Positions 22,186-33,829 of a DNA stretch of 64,000 nucleotides are shown here, piece after piece. Each line of letters begins with the position of its first letter. The first letter of the stretch is position 1. Below the pieces are notes generated by a model. It saw only the letters and a program-made list of their open reading frames with translations. It was not told where the DNA came from and ran no database searches. The DNA lies in contig CAWFGE010000019.1 of the NCBI GenBank assembly GCA_963815195.1, positions 32,001 to 96,000 on the forward strand. The letters run 5' to 3'. Position numbers and translations under genes: made by a program. This stretch comes from an uncultured Planctomycetaceae bacterium. Lineage in GTDB: Bacteria > Planctomycetota > Planctomycetia > Planctomycetales > Planctomycetaceae.

Positions 22186-22344
22186 TTGAGCCTCCCATTG
22201 GATTTCGATAACTCCCTAATTGCCATCTCTATCATCGGCAGGCAAAGTTACGCTATTCCACCAGACTTCCCCACCTGCCGCTCAGGAAACTTGGTGAAAC
22301 TGTTCCACCAAGAAAGGAACGTCTTCCAAGCATTTTGACGGCCG

Positions 22345-22600
22345 CCGACTTGAACCCGTTCTTCGCCCGATTGCCTGAGGGAACGGCGGTCTGGTTTCCG
22401 GCCGGGGCCAAATACCGGATCGACGGGACCTTGCTGCTGGATGAAGAACAACCTCACCCTTGAAGGAACGGCGTTCTGTTTCGTGCCTTTGATCGCGGTG
22501 AAAACCACAGCAAACAGGAGAACTACACCGACTGGAAACAGACCCGGAATCGCGCCCATTTCCGTATCGTCGGCGGGCGGAATGTTGCGTCCGGGATGTC
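22345..22600 (+). pseudogene. Frameshifted fragment of a pectate-lyase-like beta-helix gene
   Basis: Pieces in different frames read AVWFPAGAKYRIDGTLLL, NNLTLEG and RNRAHFRIVGGRNV. Confidence 0.45.
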
Positions 22601-22717
22601 GAAGTGCATGGGGCGCGTCCTGACGGTGCTTGCCAAAATTCTTGCCACCAAGTGCGCTTGCCAGTAATGGCAAATGAAAAAGCCTCGCAAGTCATTAACC
22701 TGCAAGGCTTTAAGTAG

Positions 22718-22792
22718 TGGACGATACTGGACTCGAACCAGTGACCTCCACGATGTCAACGTGGCGCTCTAACCAAACTGAGCTAATCGTCC
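22718..22792 (-). tRNA. tRNA-Val(GAC)
   Basis: Cloverleaf with GGACGAT/ATCGTCC acceptor stem, CCACG-TTGACAT-CGTGG anticodon arm and TTCGAGT T-loop. Confidence 0.97.
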
Positions 22793-23104
22793 GCTGCTTC
22801 GGGATTATTTTGGTGTATTGGGAAATCTATGTCTTCCCGCGGGGAATGTCAAACCCGAACGAACCTCGATGGCACAATTTGCGTCTTGAGGAGACGCCCG
22901 CGACCGATGCGGGCTTGCGGATGCGGGTTGATCATGAGTTTGTGAACCGTGATTCTGTTGGATCGCCAACGTCGCCACTCCATGACCAACAAACGGTTGC
23001 GGGACGGCGGGAACGGCGGTTGACGTTGTTTGGCGGCGTCCGATATAACCGAATCCGTTTCCCTTTCTCTTTTTAAGTCGCGTTTTAGATCGCGTTTCAA
23101 CATC

Positions 23105-25330
23105 ATGCTGGAAATTGAACTCCCGGACGGAAGTCGCAAAGAATACCCGGAAGAATCCACAGCGCTCGACGTGGCCGAGAGCATCAGCGGGCGGTTGGCC
23201 CAGGAAGTCGTCGCGGCGGAAGTCGGTGGGGCGGTTGTGGATGCGATGCGGCCGCTCCAAGACGTGGCCGGCCCGGAGCGGCCCGTCAAATTGACCTTGA
23301 TCACCCGCTCCAACCGCGGCGAGCGGGCGGCGGAACTCGATCGAAAGGCCTTGGGCGTCCTCAGGCATTCGTGCGCCCATGTGATGGCCCGGGCAGTGAT
23401 GCGGCTGTACCCCGGCGTCGGGCTGGCCTTCGGTCCGACCCGCGGGCATGGCTATTATTACGACTTCGATCTGGAAACCCCGATCAGCGAGGAGGATTTT
23501 CCGAAGATCGAAGCCGAGATGAAGAACATCGTCAAGGACGCCGAGCCGTTTGAAAGGTTCTCGCTGCCCCGCGAGGAAGCTGTGCGGTTCTGTGCCGATC
23601 TCCAGCAGGAGCTCAAAGTCGAGCACATAAGCACTGGCCTCGCGGAGCATGGGGATTTGAGCTTCTATCGGCAGGGCGAGTTTGTCGATCTCTGCCGGGG
23701 GCCGCATGTTCCCGACGCGGGAAAGATCAAAGCCTTCAAGCTGCTGTCGGTGGCGGGGTCGTATTGGAAAGGCGACGCTTCGGGCAGACCGCTGCAGCGG
23801 TTGTATGGCACCGCGTGGTTCGACAAGAAGGACCAAAACCGCTACCTCGAACAACTCGAAGAAGCCAAGAAGCGCGACCACCGCGTGCTCGGCAAGAAGC
23901 TGGGGCTGTTTAGCATCTCCGAAGAGGTTGGGCAGGGGCTGTGTTTGTGGTTGCCCAAGGGGGCGACGGTGCGGGCGATTCTGGAGGATTTTATCAAGCG
24001 GGAACTTTTGAACCGCGGCTATCAGCCGGTGTATTCGCCGCACATCGGGCGGGTGGAGCTTTACGAAACCAGCGGGCATTTTCCGTATTACCGCGATTCG
24101 CAGTTCGCGCCGATATTCGGCCATTCCGCAGGGCAGCTTGTGGATACTTGGATCCGCATGCTCGATCCGAAAGACGAACTGCCGGCCCCTTCGCCCGAGG
24201 ATGAAGAGAAGCTCTTGGATGCCGCGCGCGTGCTGGGCTTCGATGTGAAAGACATGAAACTCGCGGCTTCGGCGGAAGATAAAATGGCCGTCCTCAAAGC
24301 CTGGCAGAAGCAGCAGGAGCGGTATCTCTTAAAGCCCATGAACTGCCCGCATCACGTGCAGATGTATAAAGCGATGCCCCGCAGCTACCGCGACTTGCCG
24401 GTGCGGTTGGCGGAGTTTGGGACCGTGTATCGGCACGAGCAATCGGGCGAGCTCAACGGCATGCTGCGGGTGCGGGGCCTCACCCAGGATGATGCCCACC
24501 TGTTTTGCACCCAAGAGCAAGTCGAAGACGAGTTCCGCGAAACCTTGGAGCTTGTCAAGTTCGTGTTGAACAGCGTCGGCTTGGAGGATTACCGCGTGCA
24601 GTTGTCCTTGCGGGATCCGGAAAGCGATAAGTACGTCGGCAGCGAGGAGAACTGGCAGCGGGCGGAATCGGCGCTCAGGAACGTGCTCACCGATATGGGC
24701 ATGTCCTTTGAAGCCCGCGAAGGCGAGGCGGCGTTTTATGGTCCCAAGGCCGACTTCATGGTCCGGGATTGTTTGGGCCGGGAATGGCAGCTGGGCACCG
24801 TGCAGCTCGATTACAACCTGCCGGAGCGGTTCGAGCTCGAATACATCGGCCAGGACAACCGCCCGCATCGCCCGGTGATGATCCACCGCGCCCCGTTCGG
24901 TTCGATGGAGCGGTTTGTGGGCATGTTGATCGAACATTTCGCCGGGGCGTTTCCGTTGTGGCTCGCGCCCGAGCAAGCCCGCGTGCTGCCTTTGTCGGAT
25001 AAGTCGCTCGATTACGCCCGGCAAGTCGAACGCCAGTTTCGCGAAGCCGGCTTCCGCGTGACCACCGATGCGAAAAGCTCGAAGGTCCAGGCGAAAATCC
25101 GCGAGGCCCAGTTGGAGCTGATTCCGTATATGCTCGTCGTGGGACCGAAGGAAGCCGAGGACGGAGCCGTCGCCGTCCGCGACCGCATCGAAGGCGACCT
25201 GGGCGCGATGCCGATCGCGGACGCCATCGCCAAACTCCGCCAGGAAGCGGCGGGCCGCGTCGTCCGGCAAGTCGTCAAATCCAGCTTCGCCAGCCTGGAA
25301 GCCGCGGGCGGGGAAGCGAACGAATACTGA
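23105..25330 (+). CDS. thrS: Threonine--tRNA ligase
   Basis: TGS domain, [50 protein letters not shown] and [13 protein letters not shown]. Confidence 0.98.
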   Translation: MLEIELPDGSRKEYPEESTALDVAESISGRLAQEVVAAEVGGAVVDAMRPLQDVAGPERPVKLTLITRSNRGERAAELDRKALGVLRHSCAHVMARAVMRLYPGVGLAFGPTRGHGYYYDFDLETPISEEDFPKIEAEMKNIVKDAEPFERFSLPREEAVRFCADLQQELKVEHISTGLAEHGDLSFYRQGEFVDLCRGPHVPDAGKIKAFKLLSVAGSYWKGDASGRPLQRLYGTAWFDKKDQNRYLEQLEEAKKRDHRVLGKKLGLFSISEEVGQGLCLWLPKGATVRAILEDFIKRELLNRGYQPVYSPHIGRVELYETSGHFPYYRDSQFAPIFGHSAGQLVDTWIRMLDPKDELPAPSPEDEEKLLDAARVLGFDVKDMKLAASAEDKMAVLKAWQKQQERYLLKPMNCPHHVQMYKAMPRSYRDLPVRLAEFGTVYRHEQSGELNGMLRVRGLTQDDAHLFCTQEQVEDEFRETLELVKFVLNSVGLEDYRVQLSLRDPESDKYVGSEENWQRAESALRNVLTDMGMSFEAREGEAAFYGPKADFMVRDCLGREWQLGTVQLDYNLPERFELEYIGQDNRPHRPVMIHRAPFGSMERFVGMLIEHFAGAFPLWLAPEQARVLPLSDKSLDYARQVERQFREAGFRVTTDAKSSKVQAKIREAQLELIPYMLVVGPKEAEDGAVAVRDRIEGDLGAMPIADAIAKLRQEAAGRVVRQVVKSSFASLEAAGGEANEY

Positions 25331-25497
25331 CCGCCTGCGGCGGCATGACCAATGACCAAGCACCAATGACAATGTGGTATGATCCATCGGCCGGTTTGGT
25401 GCGTTTTTCATTAATGACAGCCCAAGCCGGCGACTTGTCGTCGGTCCGACCGCGAGCGGTCGGCTTGGGATAAATCGACTTCTCCCGCGCAATCTCT

Positions 25498-28400
25498 ATG
25501 TCCATTGCTTCTCCTCAATCGCAATCTGCTCCCCTGACTGAGGCCGAGTTGAAGCGGCGGATTGATGAGGTGGAGCAGCGGCTCACGGCGTTCCGGCGGG
25601 AGCAGGAGTCCCGAACTCTGACCCTCCCCCAAGAAGCGGCGGAAACGTTGGCGGAGATCGAGCAGGAGGTCATCGAGCTCGCGGGGCACTTAATTCAATC
25701 CGGAGCCCGGTTGGACGGCAATGCGCTTCTGGCCGATGTCCAGGGGCTTCAAGCTCTTTGCGAGCGGCTGGGATTGGATTCCGCCGCGATCGCCGCCGCG
25801 GAGTTGACGTTTGCGGATTTGGAATATACCGCGGAGGCTTGGAAGGAATCGCTGTCGCCGATTCTGCAAAACCCCGAGCCGGATGCGTGCTTCACGGCTC
25901 TTGTGCAGACGACGGCTTACGAACTCGAAGCGGAAAGCCACGATCCCAATCGCATGACCCGGCAGACGGTGTTCGCGGAGATCCGCCAGGACCTTCGGCA
26001 GGCGTTTCGAAGCGCAATCGAAAGAGACGCCGCCGAGTTTGGAGACCCGCAATCGCTGGGTGCGGGATTTGATCGACCGGGCGGATTTGACGCTCACCAG
26101 CGTGGACAGCCTGCCCAGCGACCGGGCGGCGATGCAGCTCGAAATCGTCGCCGAGGATTTGCGCTGGCATTTGGAGCATGTGGAAACCCGCCGAAGCAGC
26201 CGCCGCCGCCGGCTCAAGCGGAAGCTGTTCCAACTCGAAGCCGAGCGGCAGGAACGCGACCTGCAAGCCCGGCTGTACCAGAAGTTCGGCCGGCCGTTGG
26301 TCAAGTGGATGGATCGCTTGATCCTGTTTTTGATCCTCGCAGTCGTGGGGTTGATTCTCGTCGACAGCTTCAGCGATCTCTCGGAGCGCACGAAGATCGC
26401 GCTTTACATCTTCGACGGCACGGCGTGCTCCATTTTCCTGTTGGAGTTTTTCGTCAAGCTCGCGATGGTCCGCCGAAAGTGGCTGTGGTTCTGGCGGCAT
26501 TTCTTCATCGACTTTGTGCCCTCGGTTCCGATTGGACTTCTGGTGATCCTTCTGCCGGGAGCGGCCGCGCGGGCGATCAAGTATGTGTTTCTGCTCCGGT
26601 TCGCGAGGTTTCTGCGCGGGTTCGGTTTGATGGCCCGCGGGTTTGATCGGTTGGCCCGGCAGTATGGGCATGTGCTCAATCAGAACGTGATCCTCTATCC
26701 GACCCGCGAGGAACTCGACAACTCCCGCAGCCGATTGCCCACCCATTGCGCCCGGCTCGTGCGGTTGCGGGAGCAGGTGCATCAAAGTTGGGGAGCCTGT
26801 TTGACGAACATGCCGGCCGCCGACCGTCCCGCGGCGGTGGGCCGCCGATTGGCGATGTTTTCCGAAGCCTTGGCCCAGCGGCGCGAGCGGGAAACGATCT
26901 CGGCGTTGGCACCGCGGGCGCCGGCCCGCGAGATCGCGGCGGAGGTGTTGATTCAGCATCTCTCCACAATGACGCCCCAAGCCGCGGAGGTCGGGCTGGG
27001 ACCGGAACTGGTTATGCAACTTGCGGGCGGCGTGCGGATGCTCGCGCGGGTGCCGTTTCGCTGGCTGCCGATCATTTCTTCGCTCGTGCCTCGGATCACG
27101 AAGGGCATGACCGATGCCGACGTCGTCGCGGCGGCGTCCCGGCAGACGGCCCGCGTGGTCCGGCGGTTTCACAACGCCTACTTCTGGTTCGCCGACCTTT
27201 ACGGCACCGTGACGCCGTCGCAGTTCGTGGACCGGGTGGGCGGGATGCTCGTCAAAAGCTCGTTTCGGCCGGCGTATCGCATGCTGCTCTTTGGCGGTTT
27301 GTATGGCCTGATCCTATTGCTGTTGAGTGTCGTCCCGTGGCTCAGCGAGTTGGAATCGTTCAAAAAATACTTTGAACGCTTTGTCGGCGACGTGGTGTTG
27401 ATCGTGGGCAGCGTTTCGTTTTTGATTCTGGGCCTGGGCTGGTGGCTGCAGCGCGTGGCCCGGGAGGCGACGGAGTTTTTCGAGCGCTCTGCGCAGGCTC
27501 AGTTTTTGTCGCTGACGGAAATTATCCGCAGCCGTTATTTGGAACGCGACGCCGAGCTGCTCTGCGTCCGCGTGTTGGGACCGGAACGCCAACTCATGCT
27601 GCCCGAAGAGCCGATGCCCGAGGAGGCCGAGGTCCAGCAGGTGCTCGGGCGGATTCACCAGGCGCTGGTCGAAGCCCACTTGGGTTCGGGCAACGGCGGC
27701 GGCTGGCGGGGGCTGGATACCGTGATGCTTCTGTACCGCGACTGGCTGGACGGGGCGATTCTTCACGACAACGACACGCGATCGACCAGCCAGCTTCTGG
27801 GCAGCCCCGCGGTCCGACAAGTGCTGAGTTTGTCCTCGCGGATTCGGCCCAAAGAACTCAAGCAGCTTTACGCCCTCGATCTCGTCCGGCAGAAGTCGCT
27901 GTTTGGCGGACCTTATCTCTGGTTCAACTTCGTCGCCCGCTCGATCGCGCATGGGGCGGCGAACCTGATCATCGATTACAACCAGAACGCGATCCCCTTA
28001 AACGAAGTCCCGCACATCAGCGAGAGCCAGCGGCGGCATTATGAGAATTGGGCCGAGGGCCGAACCGAGAACAACGTCGCCACCGAAACCCCGGAAGAAG
28101 ACGTCGAGCGGGATTACGTCACCAATGCATTTACCGCGCTGCATTTTTTGGACTTCGACGAACAGCGGGATCGGGAAGTCGCCGAGCGATTCGGCGGCGA
28201 AGTGTTGGACCGATTGGTCCGCGACCGCAGCCATTTGATCCGCCGCATCTTCGGCACCTTCCCCATGCACGACCGGCCCAAGGAGCAGCGGGTCGTCAAT
28301 TTGTATTCGCTGTATGGCTCGTGGCTCTCCGGCGGGCGGGCGCTGTTTCTGCCTTGGTTCTTGTTTCTGCTCGGGCTCAAGCTGTTGGGAAACCTCTTGG

Positions 28401-29338
28401 TGTGGGTCGCGCGTTCGGTCGAGCAAATCCGCCGGCCGGAATCCCGCCGGGACAGCGGCGACGCGGCGAAGGCCCATTTCCTCACCGCGGTGCGAAAGAT
28501 CGAACGCATCCGAGGCCCGGTGGTTTATGCGAGCACGCGCCTGCGGATGCGGATCGATCCCGAATTCCTGAACGTCCCCTTGCCGGGGCAGACGCGAACG
28601 ATGCTGGGCGATGCCTCGATCGAACGCGACCTGCAGTTCTTGCATCCGGTGCCGGAGTTTCTCGACGAAGTCAACGAGCAGCGCCGCCGGGCCCAGGCCG
28701 ACATGGCCCGGCTCAATGGCTTGATCGAAACCGGCCTGCTCGAACGGTGCGCGAAACAGAGGGGATTGCCCGACGATGCGTTCCTGACGCCCGAACATTT
28801 GAGGGCCTGTGCGGTGGCGTATCTGGCGGATTACCGCGGCGTGCGGTCCAGGCTCTCGGCTCCGGCGATACTCGATGAAGTGGTTCGCCTCGCGGAGAGC
28901 GAACCCGTCCGGCCCGGCAAACGGATTCCGCATTGGCTCTTCAAGCGAAAGTTCAAACGCTATTGGGCGAAGCGGGGTTTCGGCGACCGCCACGCCCGCC
29001 GCTGCGCCTGGCGGGCGATCCTCAACAACCTCTGGGGTTCCGCCGACGCGTTGGCGGAGTGGTCCGAAGAAACCGAATCGTCTCGGAAGTCAAAATTGAA
29101 ACCTAACGCGACCTTCGCGGAGCGAAGGACGACCGCCCCGGAATTCTCTCCAAAGCGCGGCGAAGAACTCTTGGGCGAACTCTTGCTGCATCCCGGCCGG
29201 ATTTCCGAGCAGCTCGTCACCGTGCGGGCCATTCAAACCTTGGCGGTGATGGACGTGCTCTGCTACCGCGAACACATCTACCACCTCGGCCGCTACCACG
29301 AAATGGGCGACGCCGCCAACGGACTGTTGACATGGTGA
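25498..29338 (+). CDS. Large membrane protein with an ion-transport (S1-S4)-like domain; frameshift near 26021
   Basis: Removing one A in GAAAGAG joins 25498-26020 to the 26039-29338 ORF (about 1280 aa); IFLLEFFVKL, FFIDFVPSVP and LRFARFLRGF helices. Confidence 0.7.
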
Positions 29339-29393
29339 GACAAGGCGAGCGGCCGGCGTAAGCCGGCTGATTAGGCACAACAACCAAAGACGA

Positions 29394-31004
29394 TTACCGA
29401 TGGCGGTTCCAAGCGAGCATCAAAGGAGCCGCCGGGATCGGCAGCAGCGCGGCCAAAGCATAAAGGCACACGAGCGTTCTACCGCCCGCGTTCACAGGCA
29501 GCAGGATTTCTAAGAATGCCAACAGACCGATGGTCAAGACACCCAGCAGGGAAAGGGTTTGGCGGGAGATCAACTCCTCTCGCCACGCGGCGATGGTCCA
29601 GTCGATCGTGACGAGGGGGATCACGATCGCGGGCAGCCACAGGCCCGCCCTGGTCAGGAACCCGGCCCACTCTCGGGGAAGGACAAACTGCACAAACAGC
29701 AAATACAGCACCGGCACGCCGGCGATCAAACCGATGCCCCAGGCCATGACTTTTTCCCGCCCAGACCAGCCCAAAACGGCCATCCAACTCAGCCCGGTCC
29801 AAGCCGCCAAAAACGAACCGACCAGCATCAAGGGAATGGCGGCCATTCCGAATTCCGAGTTATGAATGTGCCACCCCAAATAGCGGTGAGGGTGGAGTTC
29901 CCGAAAGAATTCCGTGCAATACGCCGCGATCCCCACAACGAGAATGCCCCAGGTCAACAGCGTGCATTTGAAAGCATTCCAGAGCAGGCTGCGGGCCAAC
30001 TGGCTTGTCGTTACCGGCCGCGTGGAAAGAAAAGGCATCAAGACAAACTGAACCCGGTGCCGAAGATCAAGCCCCAACGCCACCCCGACGATCGTGCAGA
30101 TGAGGGTGGGAACGAAAAAGCTCAAACCGGCGAAGGTTCCAAGCACTTCTTCAACGTGAAGCTTCTCTGCCATGAAGTAATACAGAATGCCCATACAGAG
30201 CACAATCGTGCCCGATGATCCCAGCGAGTATGCGAGCCCGCGCCGCCAGAAGAACCAGTTAAGAGCTTGAGGGATTGTCGCCAGCCTCGGCACGCGGCGG
30301 CTGACGTAGTTGTCGGCGATGTCTTCCGGTTCGTTCGCGCCGGAAAACCCGCCGGATTCATGCCGGGCCAGCGACAACCCGCGCAGGCCCCAGAACACGG
30401 CGACGACGGAAACGGCGAGCATCGTCGCCAGTTCCTCCATTGACGGAGAAAACCAGGGCTGCATCGGCTTATGAAAGCCTTCCGGATGAAACCGCCGGGC
30501 GAACCAGATCACGGCCCCGGGAATCAACGCGAACGCGGCGAGCAGCTTGAAGTACGTCGGCTTCAAGAGATTCCAATTGATGCACTGCGCGAGCAACGTG
30601 AAGCTGATGAAGAACAAAGTGGGCGCGAGGAGCGGCCAATACACTTCCAACAGAAAGCGATAGGCGAGAAGGATCAGCAAGTTCGTTCCCGCGATCGTGA
30701 CGACTCCCGTGGCCATCAGCCACGCCGCCAGCGCCCGCGTCGAGATCGGCCGGGCATACAGGTGTGGATAAATCTCCCATTGAACGATCAGCGTAAGCAG
30801 CGGGAGCACCAACACGGCGAGCAGATGGTACGTCGGGTTAAAAGCAAAGGGGCCAAGCACATCGGCCGACAGACTCTGGCCGTGCAGCCACAACAGCCCG
30901 AGAATCGCGAGCGGTCCGCCGACGAACAAGATCACGGTGACGTACCAGTAAAACCGGATTCGGCGGACATATTCGACGGTCAACACCCGGTAGAGGCTGG
31001 TCAT
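29394..31004 (-). CDS. Multi-pass membrane protein, probable ABC exporter permease
   Basis: About 12 hydrophobic segments; start overlaps the stop of the ABC ATPase. Confidence 0.75.
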   Translation of the reverse strand: MTSLYRVLTVEYVRRIRFYWYVTVILFVGGPLAILGLLWLHGQSLSADVLGPFAFNPTYHLLAVLVLPLLTLIVQWEIYPHLYARPISTRALAAWLMATGVVTIAGTNLLILLAYRFLLEVYWPLLAPTLFFISFTLLAQCINWNLLKPTYFKLLAAFALIPGAVIWFARRFHPEGFHKPMQPWFSPSMEELATMLAVSVVAVFWGLRGLSLARHESGGFSGANEPEDIADNYVSRRVPRLATIPQALNWFFWRRGLAYSLGSSGTIVLCMGILYYFMAEKLHVEEVLGTFAGLSFFVPTLICTIVGVALGLDLRHRVQFVLMPFLSTRPVTTSQLARSLLWNAFKCTLLTWGILVVGIAAYCTEFFRELHPHRYLGWHIHNSEFGMAAIPLMLVGSFLAAWTGLSWMAVLGWSGREKVMAWGIGLIAGVPVLYLLFVQFVLPREWAGFLTRAGLWLPAIVIPLVTIDWTIAAWREELISRQTLSLLGVLTIGLLAFLEILLPVNAGGRTLVCLYALAALLPIPAAPLMLAWNRHR

Positions 31005-31900
31005 TGGTCGATCTCCGCGGTTCGGGATCGCACGACGAAAATCTCATCGAGCGTGGGGCTGCTTTCCTCAACAATAATCGCCTGCTCCGACGACAGGCCG
31101 CGGAGGAACTCCTCCTTTTGGCCGTTGCAGTAAACCGTCCATTCGTGACCTTCCCCCGTGCCATAAAGCATGCCGGGCAGCGCGGGCATGTGTTGTTGCG
31201 ATTGCTCGAAGCGGACGGTCAACCGCGAGTGCGATTCCAGAATCGTCTCCAGCGGACCGCACAGCACCAGCCGGCCCTCGTGGAGCATGGCGACGTGGTC
31301 GGAGACCCGTTGGACCTCGTCGAGCAGATGCGACGAAAACAGAATCGTCCGCCCCTCTTCCGAAACGGTGCGGATGATCGCGGTGATGATTTCCCGCCGG
31401 ACGATCGGATCGAGCCCGGAGGAAGGCTCGTCTAACACCAGCAAGGGCGGCCGATGGGCCAAAGCCTGAAGGAGCAGGATTCTCGCCCGCTGCCCCCGAG
31501 ACAGCGATTTCACTTTCTGATCGGCCGCCAGTTCAAACATGTCCCGCAGCTCTTCCGCGAACGTGTCGTCCCAATCGGGATAAAACGGCTTCACGAACGC
31601 CAAGAGCTGGCCGACGGTCATCCAGTTGGGCATTTCGCGGTCTTCTGAGAGATACCCGATCCGCCCCAAGACGCCGACCGGATCGCGGACCGGATCTTTG
31701 CCGAACACCCGCACATCCCCAATTTGGGGCTGGTAAAGCCCCAGGATGTGTTTGATGAGCGTCGTCTTCCCGGCCCCGTTTTCTCCCACCAGGCCGAACA
31801 CGCTGCCGGCGGGGATCTCGAGACTCACATCCCTAAGCGCCGCCTTCTTCCGAAACGTGCGGCAGAGACCTTGCACGTCCACGATGATGTCGCCGTTCAT
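31001..31900 (-). CDS. ABC transporter ATP-binding protein (YtrB-like)
   Basis: GENGAGKTT, LSRGQ, LVLDEPSSGLDP and SSHLL motifs. Confidence 0.95.
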   Translation of the reverse strand: MNGDIIVDVQGLCRTFRKKAALRDVSLEIPAGSVFGLVGENGAGKTTLIKHILGLYQPQIGDVRVFGKDPVRDPVGVLGRIGYLSEDREMPNWMTVGQLLAFVKPFYPDWDDTFAEELRDMFELAADQKVKSLSRGQRARILLLQALAHRPPLLVLDEPSSGLDPIVRREIITAIIRTVSEEGRTILFSSHLLDEVQRVSDHVAMLHEGRLVLCGPLETILESHSRLTVRFEQSQQHMPALPGMLYGTGEGHEWTVYCNGQKEEFLRGLSSEQAIIVEESSPTLDEIFVVRSRTAEIDQ

Positions 31901-32304
31901 GATGGCTCCCCTTTAGGCGGGTGATCTTGAGGATACTTGAGATGCCGTTGTTTGATCATGTTGATCAGCACATCCAGCCCGACGGCCAATTGATGGGCCT
32001 CGGTGAGGAGCGCATCGATGCGTTCGTTAAGAATGCGATTTTTTTCCTTCCGCGAGAGCGGGGAACTGCCGTTGGCGACGAACACTCCCGAGCCCCGCCG
32101 CGTTTGCACGACGCCTTCGGACTCGAGTTCCCGATAGGCCCGGGCCACGGTGTTGGGATTGATCATCAACTGCTCGGCGAGCCGGCGGACCGAGGGGAGT
32201 TTTTCCTCGACCTCCAGCCGCCCCGACGCGACCAGGAACTTCACCTGGTTCACGACCTGCTGGTAATAAGGCGTGCCGTCGGCTTCGTTGACATAAATCT
32301 GCAT
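31897..32304 (-). CDS. GntR family regulator (YtrA subfamily)
   Basis: PYYQQV...KLPSVRRLA...INPNTVARAYRELE...RRGSGVFV with a short C-terminus; heads the ABC operon. Confidence 0.93.
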   Translation of the reverse strand: MQIYVNEADGTPYYQQVVNQVKFLVASGRLEVEEKLPSVRRLAEQLMINPNTVARAYRELESEGVVQTRRGSGVFVANGSSPLSRKEKNRILNERIDALLTEAHQLAVGLDVLINMIKQRHLKYPQDHPPKGEPS

Positions 32305-32323
32305 CTCGCGCCTCCAATACAAC

Positions 32324-32343
32324 TGTATTAACACAATAATACA
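32324..32343. promoter_or_regulatory. Probable YtrA-type GntR operator
   Basis: TGTATTA-N6-TAATACA inverted repeat 20 bp upstream of the GntR start. Confidence 0.65.
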
Positions 32344-32719
32344 ATAGGAGTCGCGATGTCAATAGCTGCGGATGCCTGATTTTTCGTGCACGAAGCGAGG
32401 TTGCCCGCACGATCGTCCAAGCCGAAGACGCTCTGAAGCCCTGAACAGTAGGCTAGAAAGAACCTTTTCAAAAATTCCCGTCTTTGAGGATTTCGGATAG
32501 AAGTTTGGCATTTGGCCCGGTAACATAACGGCAACCGGGATCGATGACATGTCCCATTTGAGAATATTGTCCTTCCTCGCAAAGTGTGCGGGAAAGGATG
32601 TTTTATCGGCGAAGAGAGCCCCTCGGTGTTTTTTCATAACGCCCCAGGGGCTTTTTTTGTTGACGCAAACCGTTCAAAAGTGGCGATGAGGAAGTGCCCG
32701 CAAATGCGGGAGAACCGAC

Positions 32720-33820
32720 ATGAAAAATCAAGAGCAAAATCCACCAGCCGTTCTGATCGTCGAGGATGACGCCGATGCCCAGGCCAACCTGCGGGATTTT
32801 TTGGAATCAGAGGGATACGAAGTACAATCCGCCCGCACGTTCCGCGAAGCGTTGAAACAGGAACGCCCCGACCGGTTTACCGCGATCCTGCTCGACCGGA
32901 CATTGCCCGATGGAAGCGGCGACGATCTGTTGCCCTACTTCCGAAAATCGGCTCCGCAAACCCCCGTGGTCATGATGACGGGCTATGCCCATGCGGACGG
33001 CGCGGTCCTGGCGCTCCGGCACGGAGCGGCGGAGTTTTTGCCCAAACCGTTCGAGCCGGCCATCCTCAAGTTCCATCTCAGCCGCATCCGCGAGCAACAC
33101 CGGATGCGGCAGGAACTGGCGGAATCCCAGCGGAGGCTGCTCCAGTCGGAACGATTGGCGGCGATCGGCCAGACGATCACCGTGATCTCGCATGAATCCG
33201 TTAACAAGCTTTCCACCCTCCGCCTGCTGTTCCACCTGTTGCCCGTGAACTTCGCCCACCGGGATCGCTGCTTGGAAATGATCGGCGAAGGCCGGCAGTG
33301 CGTGGACGACTTGATTCGCTTATTTAAGGACGTTCGCGGATACGCGGCGCCGCTTCACTTGGAAATCGCCTCCTGCGACCTGAGAACCATCTGGCGAAAA
33401 GCGTGGGCGAGCCTGCAAGCCACCTGGCAAGATCGGGAGGTCGTATTTGATGATGACATCGAGACCGGGAATGCCACTTTGATGGGAGATGCGTTTCGCC
33501 TGGAACAGGTTTTCCGCAATCTGTTCGAGAACTCTCTGGCGGCCTGCCCCACGGAGCCCGTCGTCATTCAGATTTCCTGCTCGCGCGGACGGAACGGCTC
33601 GCTCACCGTGGCGGTCCGGGATAACGGACCGGGCCTCCCCGAAGATGATCGGTCAAACATCTTTGAGGCCTTCTTCACGACAAAACCGGAAGGAACCGGC
33701 CTGGGCTTGGCGATCGTCAAGCGTATCATCGAAGCTCATGCCGGGACCATTTGCGTAAGCGATGAGACGACGCAGGGGGCGGAATTTGTCATGGCATTTC
33801 CGCAGGGAAACGGTTGTTGA
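32720..33820 (+). CDS. Hybrid receiver-histidine kinase
   Basis: [15 protein letters not shown] and PKP receiver motifs; SHESVN H-box, NLFENS, DNGPG and [13 protein letters not shown]. Confidence 0.92.
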   Translation: MKNQEQNPPAVLIVEDDADAQANLRDFLESEGYEVQSARTFREALKQERPDRFTAILLDRTLPDGSGDDLLPYFRKSAPQTPVVMMTGYAHADGAVLALRHGAAEFLPKPFEPAILKFHLSRIREQHRMRQELAESQRRLLQSERLAAIGQTITVISHESVNKLSTLRLLFHLLPVNFAHRDRCLEMIGEGRQCVDDLIRLFKDVRGYAAPLHLEIASCDLRTIWRKAWASLQATWQDREVVFDDDIETGNATLMGDAFRLEQVFRNLFENSLAACPTEPVVIQISCSRGRNGSLTVAVRDNGPGLPEDDRSNIFEAFFTTKPEGTGLGLAIVKRIIEAHAGTICVSDETTQGAEFVMAFPQGNGC

Positions 33821-33829
33821 TTTTCTAAT

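Larger units (their letters stand above)
15426..22717. mobile_element. Decayed genomic island at the 3' end of tRNA-Val
   Basis: Bounded by the tRNA 3' end and a truncated gene; contains several gene fragments and AT-richer patches; no integrase or att duplication seen. Confidence 0.5.

Noticed and set aside
25345..25375. Short AATGAC(C) heptamer-like repeats after thrS
   Set aside because: Only three or four degenerate units, too little to support a function.
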